NCBI GenBank assembly: GCA_048213135.1
Contig: PS015122.1
Span: 220,981 to 280,559 of the forward strand
DNA from: Reclinomonas americana ATCC 50394
Lineage: Eukaryota
Direction of reading: 5' to 3'
DNA: 59,579 bases
Below the pieces are notes generated by a model, which made no database searches, was not told the origin of the DNA, and was given only the letters and a program-made list of their open reading frames with translations. Both the position numbers and the translations under genes were made by a program. This document shows, piece after piece, positions 11,743 through 26,370 of this stretch. The stretch's first letter is position 1; every line of letters starts with the position of its first letter.

Positions 11743-14700
11743 ATGTCAACGCGGCAAGCGCGGCTGGAACGCCGACAGGTGCACGAATCCGAGTCAAACA
11801 CTCATGCACACGCTCTATCTCTCACACACACGCGCGCGTTCTCTCATCAGCTGGCACAGAATCGGAGGAAACAGCGACCGCCCGCGACCAACAAAGGGCC
11901 ACCCATTGTGCACACAGTGGAAGATGACGATGACGATGACGATGTGCAAGCAGCAGAGGTCACTGTGGTGCCCGCGAAGAGAACCGCAGCAGCCGCAGCA
12001 ACAGCAACAACAACAGCAGCAGCAGAGAAACGTGAGTTAGAGAGAGAATATGCATTGGGTTTGCCTTGCTTGACTGATGATGATGATGAGATGATTCCGT
12101 AGCTGCGCTTCCACCGGTGGGAGCTGGGGAGATGAGAGTGTTCAATCGCACAGCGAATCGAGCGCGATACGAGGCTCGTCGGCGATGGTACGCGCATGTG
12201 CCTTTCCCCTCCTGGTTCGTACAATGTGTGAGCGTTTTTTTTCTGTGCAGGGAACTGGACGTGCTGCTGCCGTCGTTTTATCACCGTCTGCAGCAGCGCT
12301 ACGGGGAAGTGATGAATCTGGGGGCGGCGTTTGTGTCGCGGCTGTGTCGCGATCTGCGGCCCGATGAGCTGCAGCCGACCGTGTCGATTCGTGCGCTGCT
12401 GGACCTCGATCATGTGGTGGACTTGGAGGAGGAGGAGGAGGTGCGGAGGGCGATCCAATGTCTCTCCTTTGTTGTCACGTGCAGTTGTTGACGATGCTGG
12501 TGCAGAGGCAAATCGTCAATGCCGTCGCCTTGTTGAAAGACATTGGATTTGCCGTGATCACTCGCCAGGGTACGCATCGTTCGCCAGTGTCGTTGGCGTC
12601 GCCGGTGACTTGCTCCTCACCACCACGCCGTGCGACACAGGTGACCAGGAACATGTGCGCTGGCATCAGTACAACATTATTCCAGAGGCTCGCTCACTGC
12701 TGCTGGCCATTGTGCGCTGCATGTGCATGCCCGACGGTGAGGCACTCGACTCGGAACGCATGCAGCTGGTTAGCGAAGGGCTGAGCGTCGGAGGTACGCC
12801 GGCGACAGTCGAGTTGCTCACCGAGGTCAGTCAGTGTCTGGAGAAGGGATGACTGTGGGTGCGGAGATTCATTTGTCGGTGATGGTGGTGGTGGCTGCAC
12901 AGACACTGCACGAGTGGTTCGACAATCTGAAAAGCAACTGGCCGGCGCCATCCGAATCCGACGAGCCCGTTCTACCCGTGCTGCAATGCTCCACGAATGG
13001 CGCGAGTCGGCTGTACACACACTCGGTTTATGTGGGAACCAGTCGGCGGCACGAGATGGTGGCCGTCGGCATTGGGTTTGTCTCGCTGATCCAGTGATTG
13101 TGTGCATGTGTGTCGCGCACGCTGATGTGTTCCACAGCAAGAGTGAGGTCTCTGGTCATGTTCTCATGCAGGACTGGTACAAGGAGCCCGCAGAACCGAG
13201 ACGAAGTGGTGAGTCCATCAAATATACGAGGTGGAAAAACCTCAACAACGGGATCTCACTGATTCGCTTCCAGCCCTTCTTCGGTTGTTTTCCGTCATCA
13301 ATCAGCGTTTCCTTGCGCACGAAGTGACGGCCGTCTACGGCTCCTCGCTGTCGCCGTGGCGGGTGGTCGTCTACGCCTCAGGTCACCGAGAAATCACCAA
13401 TGGTGGCACGGCGTTGAGGGTGGATTTCGAGTCTGCGCAAGTTACCGCGTACTGCAAGCACCCTCCTGAGGTTTTCCCTCCTCCTTGCGTCTCACCGTGC
13501 CACTCTTGTGCCAGTTGCCGCTCGTGTCCTTCTTCCAGCCAGAAATGCGAAGTCTCTTTGAGAGATTACTGCGTCATCCGTACTGGGTGCGACATAGGTC
13601 TGTCCTGCGATTGCAATCACATTCTCGCCTGCTTGGTCTCACGCAGACGGGGTTGTGTGCAGATTTGTGCGAGGCAAGCCACCTCACCTCTCCACCCTGG
13701 AGCGGCTGCTGGCGTCCATGTTCCTGCAAGAGTGGGGCTGCACGGTGCTGGTGCTGGCAGCTCTCAGTGTCTTGTTTGGTCGGCCCTTCTGGGAGGTGTA
13801 CCATGTTTTCCATCAGGAAATACCAGTGCGTGGGGGGATGCCATGTGTTGTCGAACTCGTGCCTTCTTTTTCATTCCGCTCAAAATGCAGGGGTTCGGAC
13901 GGCTCATGGAGGAGACCGACATGCGCTTGCATGGCATACGGCATGTCAAGGAGGAGTTACGATAGATGCCTCACTCTCTCCCTCCCTTTGCCCGCGCTCA
14001 CTGATCTTGAGCGCGCGCACACACACAGGGTGCTCTTGTGGACGTCGGATGCGTGGCTCGATGACAAGTGGGGACTGCGGAGAGAGGTGGTGGAGTGGGA
14101 CGCCATGTGCCAGCTCGATCGCATGATCCGCACGCTGGCGGCGCGTGAGTGCGAGGTTGGAGTTGGCCTTGAGCCGACATTGGCGACGCGACAAGGTGAG
14201 AGTTTTTTTGGGGGGGAGACTCTTTCGTCTGTCCTCCGTCCAATCCAACTCACATTCGTACACGACGCTGCTCCAGCGAGCGTGCTCACGCTGAGTGTGC
14301 TCGAAATCGTCGGTGTGCGCGTGTGTGGCACCAAGTTGAGCGATCTGGAGCTCGTGCTGGCTGTTCCACTTTACGTGCTGGCTTCCTGCACGGTGCGTGC
14401 ATATGCGTGTCGCGAGCAAAGTACATGTGCCAATCGTGTTGCTGCAGAAGGACTCTTCGTTCTCCTTGCGTGTCCATGTTGGCAATCGATTCGCCGGCAC
14501 CGCACCGCTCCTCGAAGTGAAGTACGAATCGTCGATGGCCGTACTGAGTCGCACTGTGCCTCGTCCGGGCGCCTCGCAACTGCTCCTCTCTGTGCTGGTG
14601 CCGATTCCGAACGCCCTGCGTGGGCCAAAAGTACGTTGCATTATTCAGCAGACTGCGGCTCCTTGGTGTTGACACGCTGCTGGCAGATGGCACACGGTGG

Positions 14701-16702
14701 CTACTATATCAGTGCATCGCTCGAGGTGCAACACCCGGATGAGACGAGTCGCCTGGAGACGTCGCCAATCATCTGGTGGTGGAGTTGCGTTGTGCTATTT
14801 CCGTGGCCACGTGACACTGTTGAGGGCGCTTCTCATATGAGGCATTGTGTCGCAGAGTCTCCTCTCGGCCTGTGTCGCAGTCGTGCCGACTCGGTAATTC
14901 TGTGCAAGCCAATTGAATTTCGCGACAAGTGCCTGTACTTTGCGCAGATGGTGTTTGAGGATGTGCCGTGGTGTCTTCGCGGTGCGTTTGGTGCTTGCTT
15001 GCATTTTGGTTGTGGCACGTCTCATGGTGTCGCCGGCAGTGGGTGACTTTGTATATATTCGTCGTCACGCCCGGCTGACGATCTGTCGCATTCTCGCGCT
15101 GTGGGAGACGCGAGATGGCGAAGACGAGGGCGAGCAATTCATGCGGGTTCGAGTGGTACGTACACTGCGTCGTCGCCCATCATGAGAGCGCCATGGTCTC
15201 AATCCCCTGCACAGTTCATCCGACCTAACGAAGACCCATGGGTCCCGGCTGGCGAGCTGCCGAAGGATCTGCACGAGCGCGAGGTTTAATTTTCCTCGCC
15301 GTACTCCTTCCCCCTCGCTCTCTTCTGTGTCTCACTTGCACCTTTGTGCGGCAGGTACTCATCACTAACAACGTGGTCGAAGTCGAAATCACTTCTGCAG
15401 AAATGATCGTCGGTCGCTGCTTGGTGATTCCGCTCGACGCCGATGTGGTGGATGCGTCGGCCAGCGTCGAGACGGTGCTCACGGATGTGGGTGTACGTCT
15501 CAGCGATTTGAGTCATGTGTTCTTCTGCCGGCACATGTTTGGTGTGGAGGAGTCGCACATGATGGAGCAGGCGAGGGCGGAGGATATCTTGCCCGCCATC
15601 GAGTTGCAGCCGTCGTTGTCGTGCCACTGCGCTCGTGTGTCGCAGGTGAGAGAGTTGGAGAGAGTTGGAGAGAGAGAGCATGGATGTGGTGTGGCGCTGA
15701 CCACGTATCGGTGCAACCAGCTTGCTGAAGACAGCAATCAAGGATGGGTGTTTGATGTGGCGCCCGGCGTGCCACTGGTGCTGCGCCTGGCCGAGCAGTA
15801 CGGCATTGGTACGTCAGCGTGCAACGAGTGCATGTGCGTCTCTGTTCTCCTCATGTCTCTCGACAGAATGGCGATCGGAGAATGAGATTACCGCGGTGCC
15901 GGAGGAGCTGCGTTTGCTGGAGGCAGCGTGCGACGCGGTGATCCGCTGGCCGCTCTGCGACTGCGCGCATGTCGCACATCCAGCCCTGTCCGCCTGCCTT
16001 CCCTCGCAACGGAGCTGGCACTCGTATTTGTGCGGCGACATGCAGTTGGCGCGCCACATGAAGTGCAGCCTGGCGACGGAGTTGATGGGCGGTGCTCAGA
16101 GCGAGCCTGCGGACCCGGCCAAGGCATCCAATCGGCTGCGCATCGAAGCCCTCAGCGCCGTGTCGCCGTCCTCGGTGGCCAGCGGCAGCGGCAGCGGCAG
16201 TCAGCAACAACAACAACGCGAAAAGCAGGCGCAGCAGCAGCAGCGACGAAAACGGCCGAAGCGGAGTCTGACGGCCATGCTGCTGGCCACCGGCGGTGAC
16301 AACACTCGAATCCTCGTGCCAGAGGGCGATTCGTCGAATGGCCGTGTATCTCGATCGGGAACGCGTAGCACCGGCAGCGGAGCGCGCGGCGACGAGTCGG
16401 ACATGGACGAGTCGGTGCCAAGCAGTCAGCAGGACTGGTTCCGCAAGTCCTCCGAGGCACTGTTGACGTGCATGCTCCAGCAGCGCGACTATGTGGAGAT
16501 GTTTGTCGGGGCGCTGTGCCATCCGGCCACTGCGGACACGACAGCGGTCGTTGCCGAGAGCCAAGTCGTGGAGAGTGGTGGCGGAAGCAGCGTCAGCGGT
16601 GCGGGCAATGCCGGCGTCGCTGGCGACGGCGATTCACTCGTGCTGGACATGAGCGAGGACGAGGAGGAGGATGAGGACGACGATGATGAATATGTGAATT
16701 AA
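11743..16702 (+). CDS. Large protein with a BAH domain and acidic tail (chromatin-associated by inference)
   Basis: VGDFVYI...ICRILALWET...FMRV...FIRPNE...HEREVLITN...EMIVGRCLV...FFCRH (~15040-15540) is a BAH signature. The ORF ends EDEEEDEDDDDEYVN*. Confidence 0.7.
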
Positions 16703-17121
16703 ATCCACAGAGCAAGAGGGACGTATCTGGCGACCAAAGTCGACGAGAAGCACGAGCTCGAGTCTCGAGTACAATTCAGTTAATTAAGTTATCTAGTTGG
16801 TGTCGATAGTGTAGATCAACACGAGCCCTTGAGATGCAAATGCTTCACAGCCACACGAGTGTAAGATCTGGTGAGAGAGTTGACTGCGGATACGCGGCTG
16901 CAATTAATTATATGTATGGTATTGTGCAGCGCACGCTGATTTCGATTATCGAGAACCTCGTTGAGTTCACCTGGGCTTCTTGTGCTTCTGTCATGTTTCG
17001 GGGGGGTCTTTCGTGGGCGTCTGCCTTCAGGTTCTCAACAAAACGCAGAAACGGTCAACTACATGTATACAGGGCGATCGATCATCGATCGACGGATCTC
17101 ACTCTTCGTGTCGTTTTTCCG

Positions 17122-20100
17122 ATGAGCGGCAGTGAGTCGACGCTGCTCTCACCGACAGCGATCGGCGGCGTGCACAGCACGCCCGAAACGCTGTCGCCTT
17201 CGCGGCGATCGACTCGCCGATTGGTGGACTGTTTGCGCGATGAGCGCTCACGGGCTCTCGGCTCGCTGCTCGCCTGCGCACTCTGCGACGGCGATCTCGC
17301 CAAGTATCGTTGCGCGCTCTTCGCTCTCCCCCTTACATTCACTCACCCTCTCCTCACTCCTCACCGATGATCTCACGTGGTGCCTTGGCGTGTGTGTGTA
17401 TGTGTGTGTGCGCGCACATGAATCTGCAAATCGGCGTCGATATCTCGCAGCGTTTGTGCTGTGTCCGCGACGAGGTTTGCGTGTGTGTGCTCTTCTCTGG
17501 TCCACTCTCTTGCTCTCCGCTCATCGCCTGTTGACTCACAGAGCATGCCGTATGTCGCGGTGCGCACAATGCCCTGATTCATCATTTTTTCATCTCACGC
17601 ACGCACTCACACATGCACTCACAGTGCACCTGTCGACGGACGATCCTGTGCAAGGATGTCTGTGTGCGGGCGAGTTTCGACTGAGCAGTGCGGTTGAACC
17701 GGATCCTGCTGTTGCGTTGTTGTGTGGCGGGCACCATTTCTCCGATCACTGTGTGACCGATCGGTTTTGTTGTGGCGCAGCTTGTGCAAGAGTATTACGA
17801 TCTGGAGGTGCGCTTTCATCTCCGTTAGAGCCATGGGGAGCAGACGAGTGGCGACTCACTTTTGTGTGTCGCACAGGCGATGTGCCCGGACTGCGGCAAG
17901 ACCATGTCACTGTTTGCGTTGACGTCGCTGCATGGACAGGAGTGCTCGAGAGCGACCGCGTGCAGTCGATGCGGCGAGCGTGTAATGCAAGAGAATGCGC
18001 GCTACCATCACCGTTGCGTCGTGTGTGAACTTGCACGTCTGCTGCGCGCTCGCGACTCACGTGCGACGCAGAGTACGAGTGCATCGAGCGCCAAGTGAGC
18101 TGCCCGATGCACCGCGTCGGTTGTCCGTGGCTCGGACGCGACAAGGAGCTCGGCGTACATCTCCAGCAGTGCCTTTTTGTCGTCTTGCGCCCGGTGAGTC
18201 GCACACACGACGGGCATGCTCTCTCCCTCTCCCCAAACACTGATATTTGTGCGCCCGCAGATGGTGCAGCACTTTGAGAGCCGCATGCTGCAGGTATTGT
18301 GGAACGCCATCGTCCTCTTCCAACAGAAATCGTGTCGTACTCACGGTCGTTGTAGGTGGAAGACATCAGCCGCGTGACGGAGAGCAGCCGCGAGGAGCAA
18401 ATGGCGGATTTCGATCGTCGTCTGCGCGAGTTGGAGGCGCTTTTCCTGTTTGAGAAGCGATCGCGCACCGAACTGCAAGGTGCGCTCGAGGCATCGCACC
18501 AGGAGAATGCGGAGTTGGTGAGTTGCTACACACACTCTCGCACCGACCGTGCTGCCGCGGGCTCACGCACCACCTTTTTCCCGCCGCACCAGAAACACTC
18601 GCTGCGGCAGTTGCAGGAGACGGTGCTGCTGGAGGCACGCGAGCGGGATGTGCTGGAGAAGATGATTGCGCGCGAGACGCAGCAGCGGATACTGCTGGAG
18701 GAGTCGCTGCATGTGCACAACTCGTCGTTTGTGTCCATTGATTCCAATCACAGCAGCAGGTGCGTGCATGTCGTCTCTGTTATCATGAGGCAGTCGCAAT
18801 TGACGCTGTGCGCTAGTTTTGTGTTCCACGGAGGCAACTCAGGCAGTAACGGAAGTGCACGCCACGCTGGTGGATCGGCGTCCAAACGCAGTCCGAATGG
18901 TCGCTCGCCGCGGGAGCTGGTGGCGGCATTGGTGGGCGAGGCACCGCGGCCGCCGACGCCACCCACGCAGCAACAGCAGCACCAGCAACAGCCTTCAATG
19001 GGAGTCGAAGATGCGCGATCACCGGCACGGGCGACTGCCGCACTCATGTCGCCGGCGGCCGAGGATGTGCATTTGGCGCATCTGTACGCACTGCGGGACG
19101 CCGCCGCACGCAAGGCTCGCGAGGCGGAGGATCGAGCTGTGGTGATGGCCACTGCCGACAGGCGAAGCAACGACACCGCCGTCGTCAGCAGACGCGAGTT
19201 CGACGATGACACCTTTGCTCTCGAGTCGGAAGCGTGGGCGGCACTGGAGGCTGATCGTGCGCAGCAAATCGCGCTGCTCGAACGCGCCACCCGACCGCTG
19301 TCGCCGCCGTCGCCAGACCACTGTGCGTTTTGCGTGCCTGCGTGATGCTTCTTTCACTCTTCGTGAGTTGCTCAATTTTTCACAGTCGCGGTGGCGGACC
19401 CCGAGCCGACGACGCTTCCAGCAGCCGCCACAGCTACAACTGACTCGCGCAGTGGACGGCCAGCGACAGACACTGTAGTTCCAGTGGCGCCAAGTTGTGT
19501 GCAGAGAACAATCTGCTGAGCGTCATCATGTCACTCAACTATTCCGTACTCGTGTGCAGCTGTCACGGTGCAGCCCAGTCCGCAGCAGCAAGAGCCGGTG
19601 ATCGAACCGCCTCCTGTCTCACTGCCGTCGCCCAAGCGCACGGGAAACGCCTCTGTGCAAGCAGTGCACCACGAAATGTCTGTGAACGGCAGCGCTGCGG
19701 CGGGGACTGGCGCGCTTTCGGCGTTTTCACAAGTGTCTTCGTCGAGCTTCGGCACAGGTGTCGGTGCCTCGCTGGATATACCTGAGTTGATGATGAATGC
19801 GAGGACGCCGGATTCTGGTTTGTCACCAGGCGAGCGATCGCCGCCGCGACAAACACCGCAGGGTTCTGGACGTGCCTCCAGTCACTCACCGGCGCGTCGC
19901 GGTGGTGAGTCGCACGGATCGATTTCTTCGTTGTGTCATTCCCGTGTAATGTGCTAACGCGAGACACCGTCACTGGTGCCCGGACAGTGTCTCCGGACGC
20001 CCTCTCGGGCTCTCAAACGCAGGCTCGCGAACCAACCGAGGGCACGGGTGAGTGTGAATGGCAACCGAGGACGCAGTAACGATGAGAGTCTGACTCCGCG

Positions 20101-21381
20101 AGCACGCAGCACTCGTGGACCACATCCTCGGCGACCATCATTGCCTGCAGTTGGACTCGCGAACCAAGACGCTCTTGTTCGACTGGCAGTGGGGCTGGAA
20201 CAATGATGTTGTGTGCCATCATTTCCTGTGAGCCCTTGTTGCCTTGCTGCTCATTACAACGTCGATAGTCTGCACCCGCACCGACGCTGCTGCAAGTGAC
20301 CAATGCCGTCACGCAGTGCCCCTCTTTCATCGCCTGCTCGCAGTGCGCATTCCGCTTGCAACCCAGACGCATCGAGGGTGCTGGCCCCGGTCCGCAGTCG
20401 GCGGCTGCTGTGGGGCGACCGGGTCCCATTGACATCGATGTTGTTGACGTGGAACTGGAACGGGGACGAAGTCGCTTCGGTTTGTACTGTATGTGTGCGC
20501 ATCTCTCTCTCCGGCACGCGTGCACACTCACCCGTCACGCTGTTGTTGCGTGCACAGCCACCGAACATGCACAGGCGGTGAGTGCAAGCAACACACGCCT
20601 GAAAAAACGACTGGAGGATCTGCGACAGAGTGCCTCGAATAGTGCGTTGACGTCCTCGTTTGTGACGACATTATCACAACTGACTCTGTGGGTTGATCAA
20701 TTGATGCAGCACGCTGGTACGGGACCTCTACGCGAGCGCGCGAAACAGGCGGTACGTGTACAGGGAAAGACATGCACTTGTCGTGTGGATGTGTCGTCTG
20801 ACTGCTTGTACACAGCACAAACCGATTACAGGTCGCCCACTTCCGGTGCGTCTGACGTCACAATCAATAGTGGCAGTGCCATGCAGCTGCCGACTCTTAT
20901 TTCTCGTCGCAGGGTCCCAGAGTGCGCTCCCCACAGCCGGCCCCCGTCACGACGACATTGACGAAGAGGATCTTGAGGACTACATGGCCGAGCACGATGA
21001 AGGTTTTCTTTCTTTGCTGACGCATATGCGTACTCACATCACGCCACCTCATTCGTCTGTGTGCCAAGCAGCCCCGCCAGCCGTGGCGCAGCCTGGAGGG
21101 TCACGGACGTCGCCATTTGGCCGCGTAGTTGTGCGTGTGCAAGAGCCGGTATCAGTGCGTCCACACGGACGGAGCTCCAGTGCAGATCTCTCGTCAGGTA
21201 CTGTACTGTTGAACGCGCTCGATGTGCGTCACGCCTGCGCTCATGTTCTCCACCGCTGCAACACACAGCTGCCGCCGACAGCTCACCGACCGCCGACGAA
21301 CGACTGCGACGCTCGATGAGTGCTTCGGTCAACGACGCCTTCCTCGGCATCCTCGGTGAAAGCACCGAGAACGACGAGTGA
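17122..21381 (+). CDS. TRAF-type zinc finger / coiled-coil protein
   Basis: LACALCDG; CPDCG...HGQEC...CSRCG...HH; YECIERQVSCPMHRVGCPWLG...HLQQC; followed by coiled coil and low-complexity tail. The 3' end is inferred. Confidence 0.65.
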
Positions 21382-21424
21382 CAACAAAACGTGTATGCCT
21401 AATTATGCCGTTCTTATGGTCTTT

Positions 21425-24400
21425 TACTCATCCTTTGCCGTACCATTGATTTGCCAGCGAGTGTTCGTATTCGAGAGCTACAATCAGGAGAACAGGACTA
21501 CTCAGTGCCCGGCCTTCGCAAAATGGTGCCAGCAAGCACACGCACTCCCAACGCAACATTGGCGCACGATTCCATAGTCGACGATGAACAGTCGTTCGCG
21601 GTGGCTTTCGATTTCTCTGAAAAACATACCAATATCAAAGTGCTCACGGTCGATGCGATACACGCGGTGGCCGCTGACGGCCGACACTTGACGCACGCCC
21701 GGCACAAGGCCCGCCATGAATCTGCATCACGTCAGCCATCAGTTGTGACACTCAAGCGTGGAAAACACGAGCGGTGGAGACGGACCTGTGCACTTCGGCG
21801 TCCGAGAACGGATCCGCGTGAATGTGAATGTAGTAAATCTCCGCAATGCGTTCCTTGAGCTGTGTGGGTTGTGTGTGTGTGAGAGAGAGAGCACACACTA
21901 ACCCTGCAGAAGGTGAAGAAGACGACGAGACCTGAGACGCTGGTGCAATGGCCACGATTCGACCGCGGACGAATCGTGCAATCCGATCGCCCAGCAGCAG
22001 CGCCTCGTCCACATCGTGAGTGGCGCTGTGACGATCGCAGTCCGTCAGAAGAGATGCAAACACATATTGACCAGCGAAGCAACGCAACAGAAGGACGGCA
22101 GCACCGCCGTTCTTGGCCTGCGCAATGGCACGCCACACAGACGTCTTGGATTTGACAGTCATATTACTGCGAACGAAATTCAGTGAGGGCAGGTGACGAC
22201 AGCGAACCGCATCCACCAGAGAGAGACTCAACAATGTGGGCGAGTCGAGGACTAATATCTGTGCGTGCAGAGCCACATGAGAGAGCAGCAGTACAGCGAG
22301 ACACACTCACACGAAAAACACGCAACTCTCGGGCTGCCGATCAGCGCCATGGCGACGGCCAGTCGACGCCTGGTGTCCGGAGTGCAGGCACTGACACGCA
22401 GATTGGCACTCTTGCGGAGGAACAGCACGCGGGTCATGGCAAATGTGGCGTTCACCAAGGCGACGCCTGCAAGCGTGATACACTCAGTTTCAGAGAGGGA
22501 GGCAAGGAAAACGGTGTGTCAGGTACAAACCCTCAAGACCGCGCAATCGGCCCATGAACTGCAGGTGTTCTCGCACAGTAAGCTCCTCCCACATGATGTT
22601 GTGCTGTGCCAGAAAGCCTGCATGCACATGTCCCGCAGACAGTCAACAAAGAAAGTGCAACCAAAGGCATCATTGCAGGAGAGACGCACCGAGTTCCTGC
22701 ACGGCCATGTGATGCTGAATCATGACGTCGAAGCCACTGATGAGGGCACGGCCAGCAAAGGCGTTGCTGAGACCGACCAGCACTCGCAAGCTGTGTCCCC
22801 CCGATTAGGAATTGGTGGAGGAAGAAAGATCAGAGGCGATGGACACACGCGCAAACGCAACAACAGTGACACGCCGGCACCACGATGTGCCAAGAGAGCC
22901 GTACACTCGCCAGGACCCACGCCCAACGAAAGACCGGCCCACGCCTCGCCTGTCAGCTTGTGCCAATCTTCGGCCGCAGTGTCAAAGTCTTTGGTGGTCT
23001 GTGAAAACGCACGACCGCCAAAGTGAGTGCTCTCAATCCGTGCGCAAAATGCGGGAGGGAAACATACTCGTATGCCAACAGCCAGCAGACTGGCTTCCTC
23101 GGCCTCGCGGACCAGCGTTCGCATGTGCTCCCTCTCGGCCTCCTCATCGTCGCGCAACTGCAGCAGCAAGTACAGCTCAGATTGTTGATCAAAACACAAA
23201 AGTCCCCCGCCAACAATGGCGACCGACCTGCTGAATGTCGGCGTCCAGTTGCTCCTCGATGCGCACAGCAATGTCGGCGACTGCAGAGGGTACGCGCTCG
23301 CTGGAGCTCGTGTCGTTCCGATCGCGCAGTGATGCCGACTGGTTGTTGGCAGAAGCCGCCGCATTGCCGACGATGCCACTCTGCCGAATGCTCGACTGCG
23401 CAACGCTGCCGCTGGCCCTGTGTGTGTGTGCAAATCAGGAAAGATTCAACATCAGGAGCTGCTGCCGCTAACAACGTGAACGCAACTCGTGAGGCCCCCT
23501 CCTCGGCAGCTGACTGCGGCTTCCCAACGATGCCGGGGGCGGGACGAGGAGCGCACTGCGATTGAAATCCGAGGCAACGGATTCGGTGGCCGGCGATGCC
23601 GCCGCGTCTACACACAGAGGGAGGTGAGGTGCATGAGGAGGTGTAGTTTTGCGAGAACAAGCGGGTCAGCTCTCTCGCACCATGCGCAGCTGCGTGGTCG
23701 GCCTCGTCCAACATGCCTGCTTCGTCGTGCAGCCGTCGTACGCGATCCATTGGCGAGGAGGGCAGTCGCATTGAGCCTGCGCGCATGAGACCGGGCTCGG
23801 GGAACTCCACCGCCTCTGCATCAAGAAGAATAAGAAGGAGGCACTGCCATGAGAGATGACAGGGGTCGATCAAACCTCGCGCGGGAGATGGGAGCGTGCG
23901 TGCAAACAGCGGCGCTGATTCGTCGGCAATCGACGCCGGCGAGTGAGCAGCAAGTGGTGACGACATGGCGTCGGGAGACAAGGCGAGACGATGTCGGCTA
24001 CCGACGGCGGCGGCGGCAGCGAGAGCATCGGGTGATAGGTCTTGTACCACGCTGTCGGAGTCGTCGACCAAATGTCGCTGAAAGCGATCCATGGCCACAC
24101 GCTGCTCATGGTCGTGGTCTGCGCCATTCTCGCCCCCCACCGGAGTCGTTGGCGACGCGGCAACCGCGTGCAGTGCCGCCGGAGGTGGCGTGTTCCCCGA
24201 CGAGTGTATCGACTCGGAGCGCTCACTCACCAGGTCACCGAAATCCTGCATCTCCAAACCAGCTGCGCACACACGCACGTGGTCAGTCGAATGCACTCTG
24301 TCCACGGACGGACGAGCAGCAAGTGACGCACTGAGAGCCTCCGCCCTCTTAATGTCCTCGGGAAGCCACTGTTCCACGGGTGCGTCGAGCATCTCCTCCG

Positions 24401-26370
24401 GATCACTGTACAAGTAGTGGGAGCGCTTCCACCGATCCGGGCAGCACCACGAGCCCCAGAACTCGCGAGTGAAGATGAACCACACACTGCGCCGCCGTCC
24501 AAACTTGCCAGGTCGCACCAGTTGCAGATACCTTTGGGGGAGAGGAATGAGAACGGGGAGGGAAAAAAGGAGGCGTGGCGCGTCGGAGGCACACGTACCA
24601 ACTGAGAATAAAATACAGCACCGCCAGGCCAAGCATGCCGGCGAGTGACAACAAGATGTTGGGTTCTGTGATGCTGGTGCTGGCCGCACCGTTTCGGTGA
24701 ATGTGTTGCAGGAATCTGCGAGAACGGAGCGTCAGGTTGTTTGGCAAGAGAACAAGGCAGCGACAGAATGCGAGAAGCGAGCGGACCTGTCGAGCAGCAG
24801 CGATGGATACAAACAGGAGACAATGACATGCGGGATGGGCACGGTCTCGCCAAAGTTGATAATGTAGCGATTGAGGAAGTGCGAGATCACCGCCGACGGC
24901 ACAAGCAACAGGGCCGTCACCACTGCGATCGGTGTTTAAATTGAGCCCACGGCACACAAAAACAACAACAGCAACAGCAACTACCGACCGAGAGCGGTGC
25001 GGTGACGACTGAAGAGCACGCCGAGAAAGTCGGCAAACAGGGAAATCACGGCACTCCAAACGGTGAGAACCACCGCAATAATGTACAAGGAAGCCGTGTT
25101 CCACGGTCGCAGTTGCACTGCGTAGCCCAGCAAGGCCACCATGCCGCATAGGGCTTCCATGCGCACGAATCGCAGCAGCCACTGCGACACACGATAGTGC
25201 CAGCCACGCAAACCGGCCTGTGCACGAAAGCACGGGAGGGTGAGGTGTGTGCGCGTGTGGATGAGTCGAGTGAAGGGGTCGGCACACCAGCTCAAGGTAC
25301 TGGCGCCGCATGGTCTCATTGTCGATCGTGTACTCCATGACAAATGCCGGCAGCCACAAATGCAAAAGGATGAGATACACAATCGCTATGGAGGGGCGCA
25401 CAGTGAGAATCACAGCGATAAGCACACAGGGCGCCGGCGGTCACGCAACGTCCGTACGACGCCGAGAAGAGCTTGGTCTGCGCCTGCAGCGTGTCAAACA
25501 CTTGCACGCGTGTCTCCAGCGAGGCCTCGGTGAGATTGGACTGCTCCGGATGCTTGTTCACCAGCGCCCACCGATACGCAGCATTGTCGATGAGCGCACG
25601 CGCAGCCACCAGCGACTCGCCATACTGCTCAATGCTGCGATTGTACATGGCCGAGTAGGCCACCGCATCCAGCGTCACCGTGTCAAACACGTAGCCGGCG
25701 TGATACGAGGCACGAGCAAAGCGCGTCTGCTCAAACAGCGTCGAGTCGAGCAAGCTCTCGCTCGGAAAGCGCAGTGTGGACAGGTCGACGCCACCGTACT
25801 AGAGACACACACTGAGCTCCCTCTTGGCGACGCACAGACAGACACACACACTGACCTCCACGACGCTTATTTCCAAGTACTCTAACAAGCCCGCACCGTC
25901 TAGTGTCGTGTTGGCACTATCCCAGATGTGCTTCCCGGCGGCACCACCGGCACGAGCATCGCTAAAGGGCAACTGATGAGTGATGCGATCAATGCCCGCA
26001 ATGCGCAGGGCGGGCAGGCGCGGTTTCGTGGGCAAATCCGACACAAAGTTGGTGTTGCCGATCTTGCTCGCCACCAACAGGTCGCCGAGCACGAGCAACA
26101 TGAGCTGAGTCAGAAGAGGGAGAGAGAGTCATCATCAAATCATGTTCGATATCGTGTGTGCGTGATGATGGTCTTCGTGGAGTACCATCAGTGTGGGCGA
26201 GAGGAACACCAGGTAGTTGAGTGTGGTGTTGCGTTTCTGCGCAGTGGTGGGCAGGCAGAGAGGAAGAGTGTGTCAGTGATTTTGATGTGTGTCTGTGTGT
26301 GTGCACAGAGTCTCTGTCCCTCAACTCTCTCATGATAGGTCATGATGAGCGCGCCCGTGAGCTTGCCCAT
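21425..26370 (-). CDS. ABCA-subfamily half transporter with a degenerate nucleotide-binding domain
   Basis: KRNTTLNYLVFLSP; TM helices; YLQLVRPGKFGRRRSVWFIF; GLSLGVGPGECTALL; FLAQHNIMWEELTVREHLQFMGRLRG; RRLAVAMALIGSP; LATHDVDEALLLGDRIA. Stop position approximate. Confidence 0.85.

Noticed and set aside
16745-16795. Cluster of short palindromes (GAGCTC, CTCGAG x2, TTAATTAA)
   Set aside because: Too short to distinguish from chance in a 3' UTR or intergenic region.
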